Positions 35,041 through 36,008 of a stretch of 36,008 nt of DNA are shown piece by piece. A program made the translations under genes and the position numbers. This stretch comes from Patellaria atrata CBS 101060. Its lineage: Eukaryota. The notes below the pieces were generated by a model. It was not told where the DNA came from, searched no databases, and saw nothing but the letters and a program-made list of their open reading frames with translations. Within the stretch, counting starts at the first letter, position 1, and each line of letters begins with the position of its first letter. The stretch lies in the NCBI GenBank assembly GCA_010093705.1, contig MU006109.1, forward strand, positions 186,001-222,008, read 5' to 3'.

Positions 35041-35747
35041 TAAGTGATAATGGTAAGTGAGAATTTTAAACTTCGGTTTGTGTGGAATGGGGCTGGGTGA
35101 GTTATTATGGATATGGGGGGAGATGATAGGTGGGTGATATAATCAGGCGTGGTAATGTATCAAGGGGCTTGATGAAGTTTAAGGTATGATTTACTCGAAG
35201 TTGATAAATGTGAGGACAACGATAAAACGGTAAGATAACCGTTCTCCTATTTTCTCAATCTACCTTTTCCAGAAGCCGACATTGTGTCTACACATGTACA
35301 ATCCAGAGTAACATTGATACTAGACAACACCTTCTCCATATCCCCTACTCTCAACTTATACAAACTTGACAGAATCGATCCTCTCCTCTCCCACTCCCGT
35401 TCAAATCAATATACCCTATCAACAACCCCACGTCCACCCCTTTCCATTCATATAAACCCTCGCCTTTTACACCCATACCGACCAAACCCCCTCAACAACC
35501 GAATAACACCCACATTCAACTTCCATCCAACATCCAACCAAACTCTGCAAACCCTACCTCGTACCAACCATGTTCGCAGATTCGGCATACACCCACTTTC
35601 ACCTCCCACCTCCCCATCCTAACTCCACCTCCTATCCTTATACCTACAGAAACAGAACCCAAGCACAAGCACCACGAATAGAGCCTCGGGTCCAAGGAGT
35701 GGCGGAAAGTAAGCTCACCCCCACAGCTGGGACCGAACCAGCGGGTT

Positions 35748-36008
35748 TCACCGAATACGGTCCTCCCACTTCCACTTCGGAGAGACGGGATCCACTGTTC
35801 GAGGGAGACCGGCTGAGTCGGTCGGGTTGTCCTCCACGGGAGTATTGGGACGGGAAGGAGGTTGGAGAAGAGAGCCGGAAGGAAGAAGAAACCTTAGACC
35901 TCCTGCCGGAGGCCCCTTTCTGACGTCAAAGGCGCGGCTGTACCCTCGAAAGGAGAGGTTCAAGGCCCATCTACGGGGGTCTTGTTCCTCGGTGTCGTTT
36001 TCTTGGGG
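35748..36008 (-). CDS. Probable 3' end of a gene extending beyond the window (…PQENDTEEQDPRRWALNLSFRGYSRAFDVRKG…WKWEDRIR*)
   Basis: This minus frame is open from the window edge to TGA at 35750..35748, while the other two minus frames hit stops within about 50 nt. It is followed on minus by G/T-rich 3'UTR-like sequence. Confidence 0.4.
   Translation of the reverse strand, partial: PQENDTEEQDPRRWALNLSFRGYSRAFDVRKGPPAGGLRFLLPSGSLLQPPSRPNTPVEDNPTDSAGLPRTVDPVSPKWKWEDRIR

Noticed and set aside
1..36008. tRNA, rRNA, CRISPR arrays, telomeric arrays, intact transposons
   Set aside because: No cloverleaf with A/B boxes, spaced repeats, (TTAGGG)n tracts, LTR/TIR pairs or transposase/RT motifs seen by eye; a covariance-model scan was not possible.

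Overview
Eukaryotic nuclear DNA from a filamentous ascomycete (Pezizomycotina; Dothideomycete-like is only an inference). It has short 45-84 nt introns with GTRWGT-type donors, CTRAY branch points and YAG acceptors. Left to right: NUP192 (minus, 5 exons, 131-5358) lies head-to-head with TEL1/ATM (plus, 7 exons, 5703-14757) across a 344-bp spacer carrying an MCB/SCB-like element. Next come an uncharacterised intronless membrane glycoprotein (minus), CHS7 (plus, 2 exons), LAS1 (minus, 5 exons, one GC-AG intron with a tandem CAGCAG acceptor) and a 379-aa low-complexity uncharacterised protein (minus). A 7.4-kb gene-free stretch enriched in the palindrome TAC(A/T)GTA follows, then a PEX11-family gene (minus). 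The last 3.3 kb is degenerate or accessory-looking: a possible pseudogene, a RIP-like patch, a short orphan unit and a probable gene end at the window edge. I found no tRNA, rRNA, CRISPR array or intact transposon, and cannot demonstrate a new biological system. The best leads are the uncharacterised membrane protein, the motif-rich gene desert with its adjacent uncharacterised gene, and the NUP192-TEL1 bidirectional pair. Gene models and counts were derived by hand.
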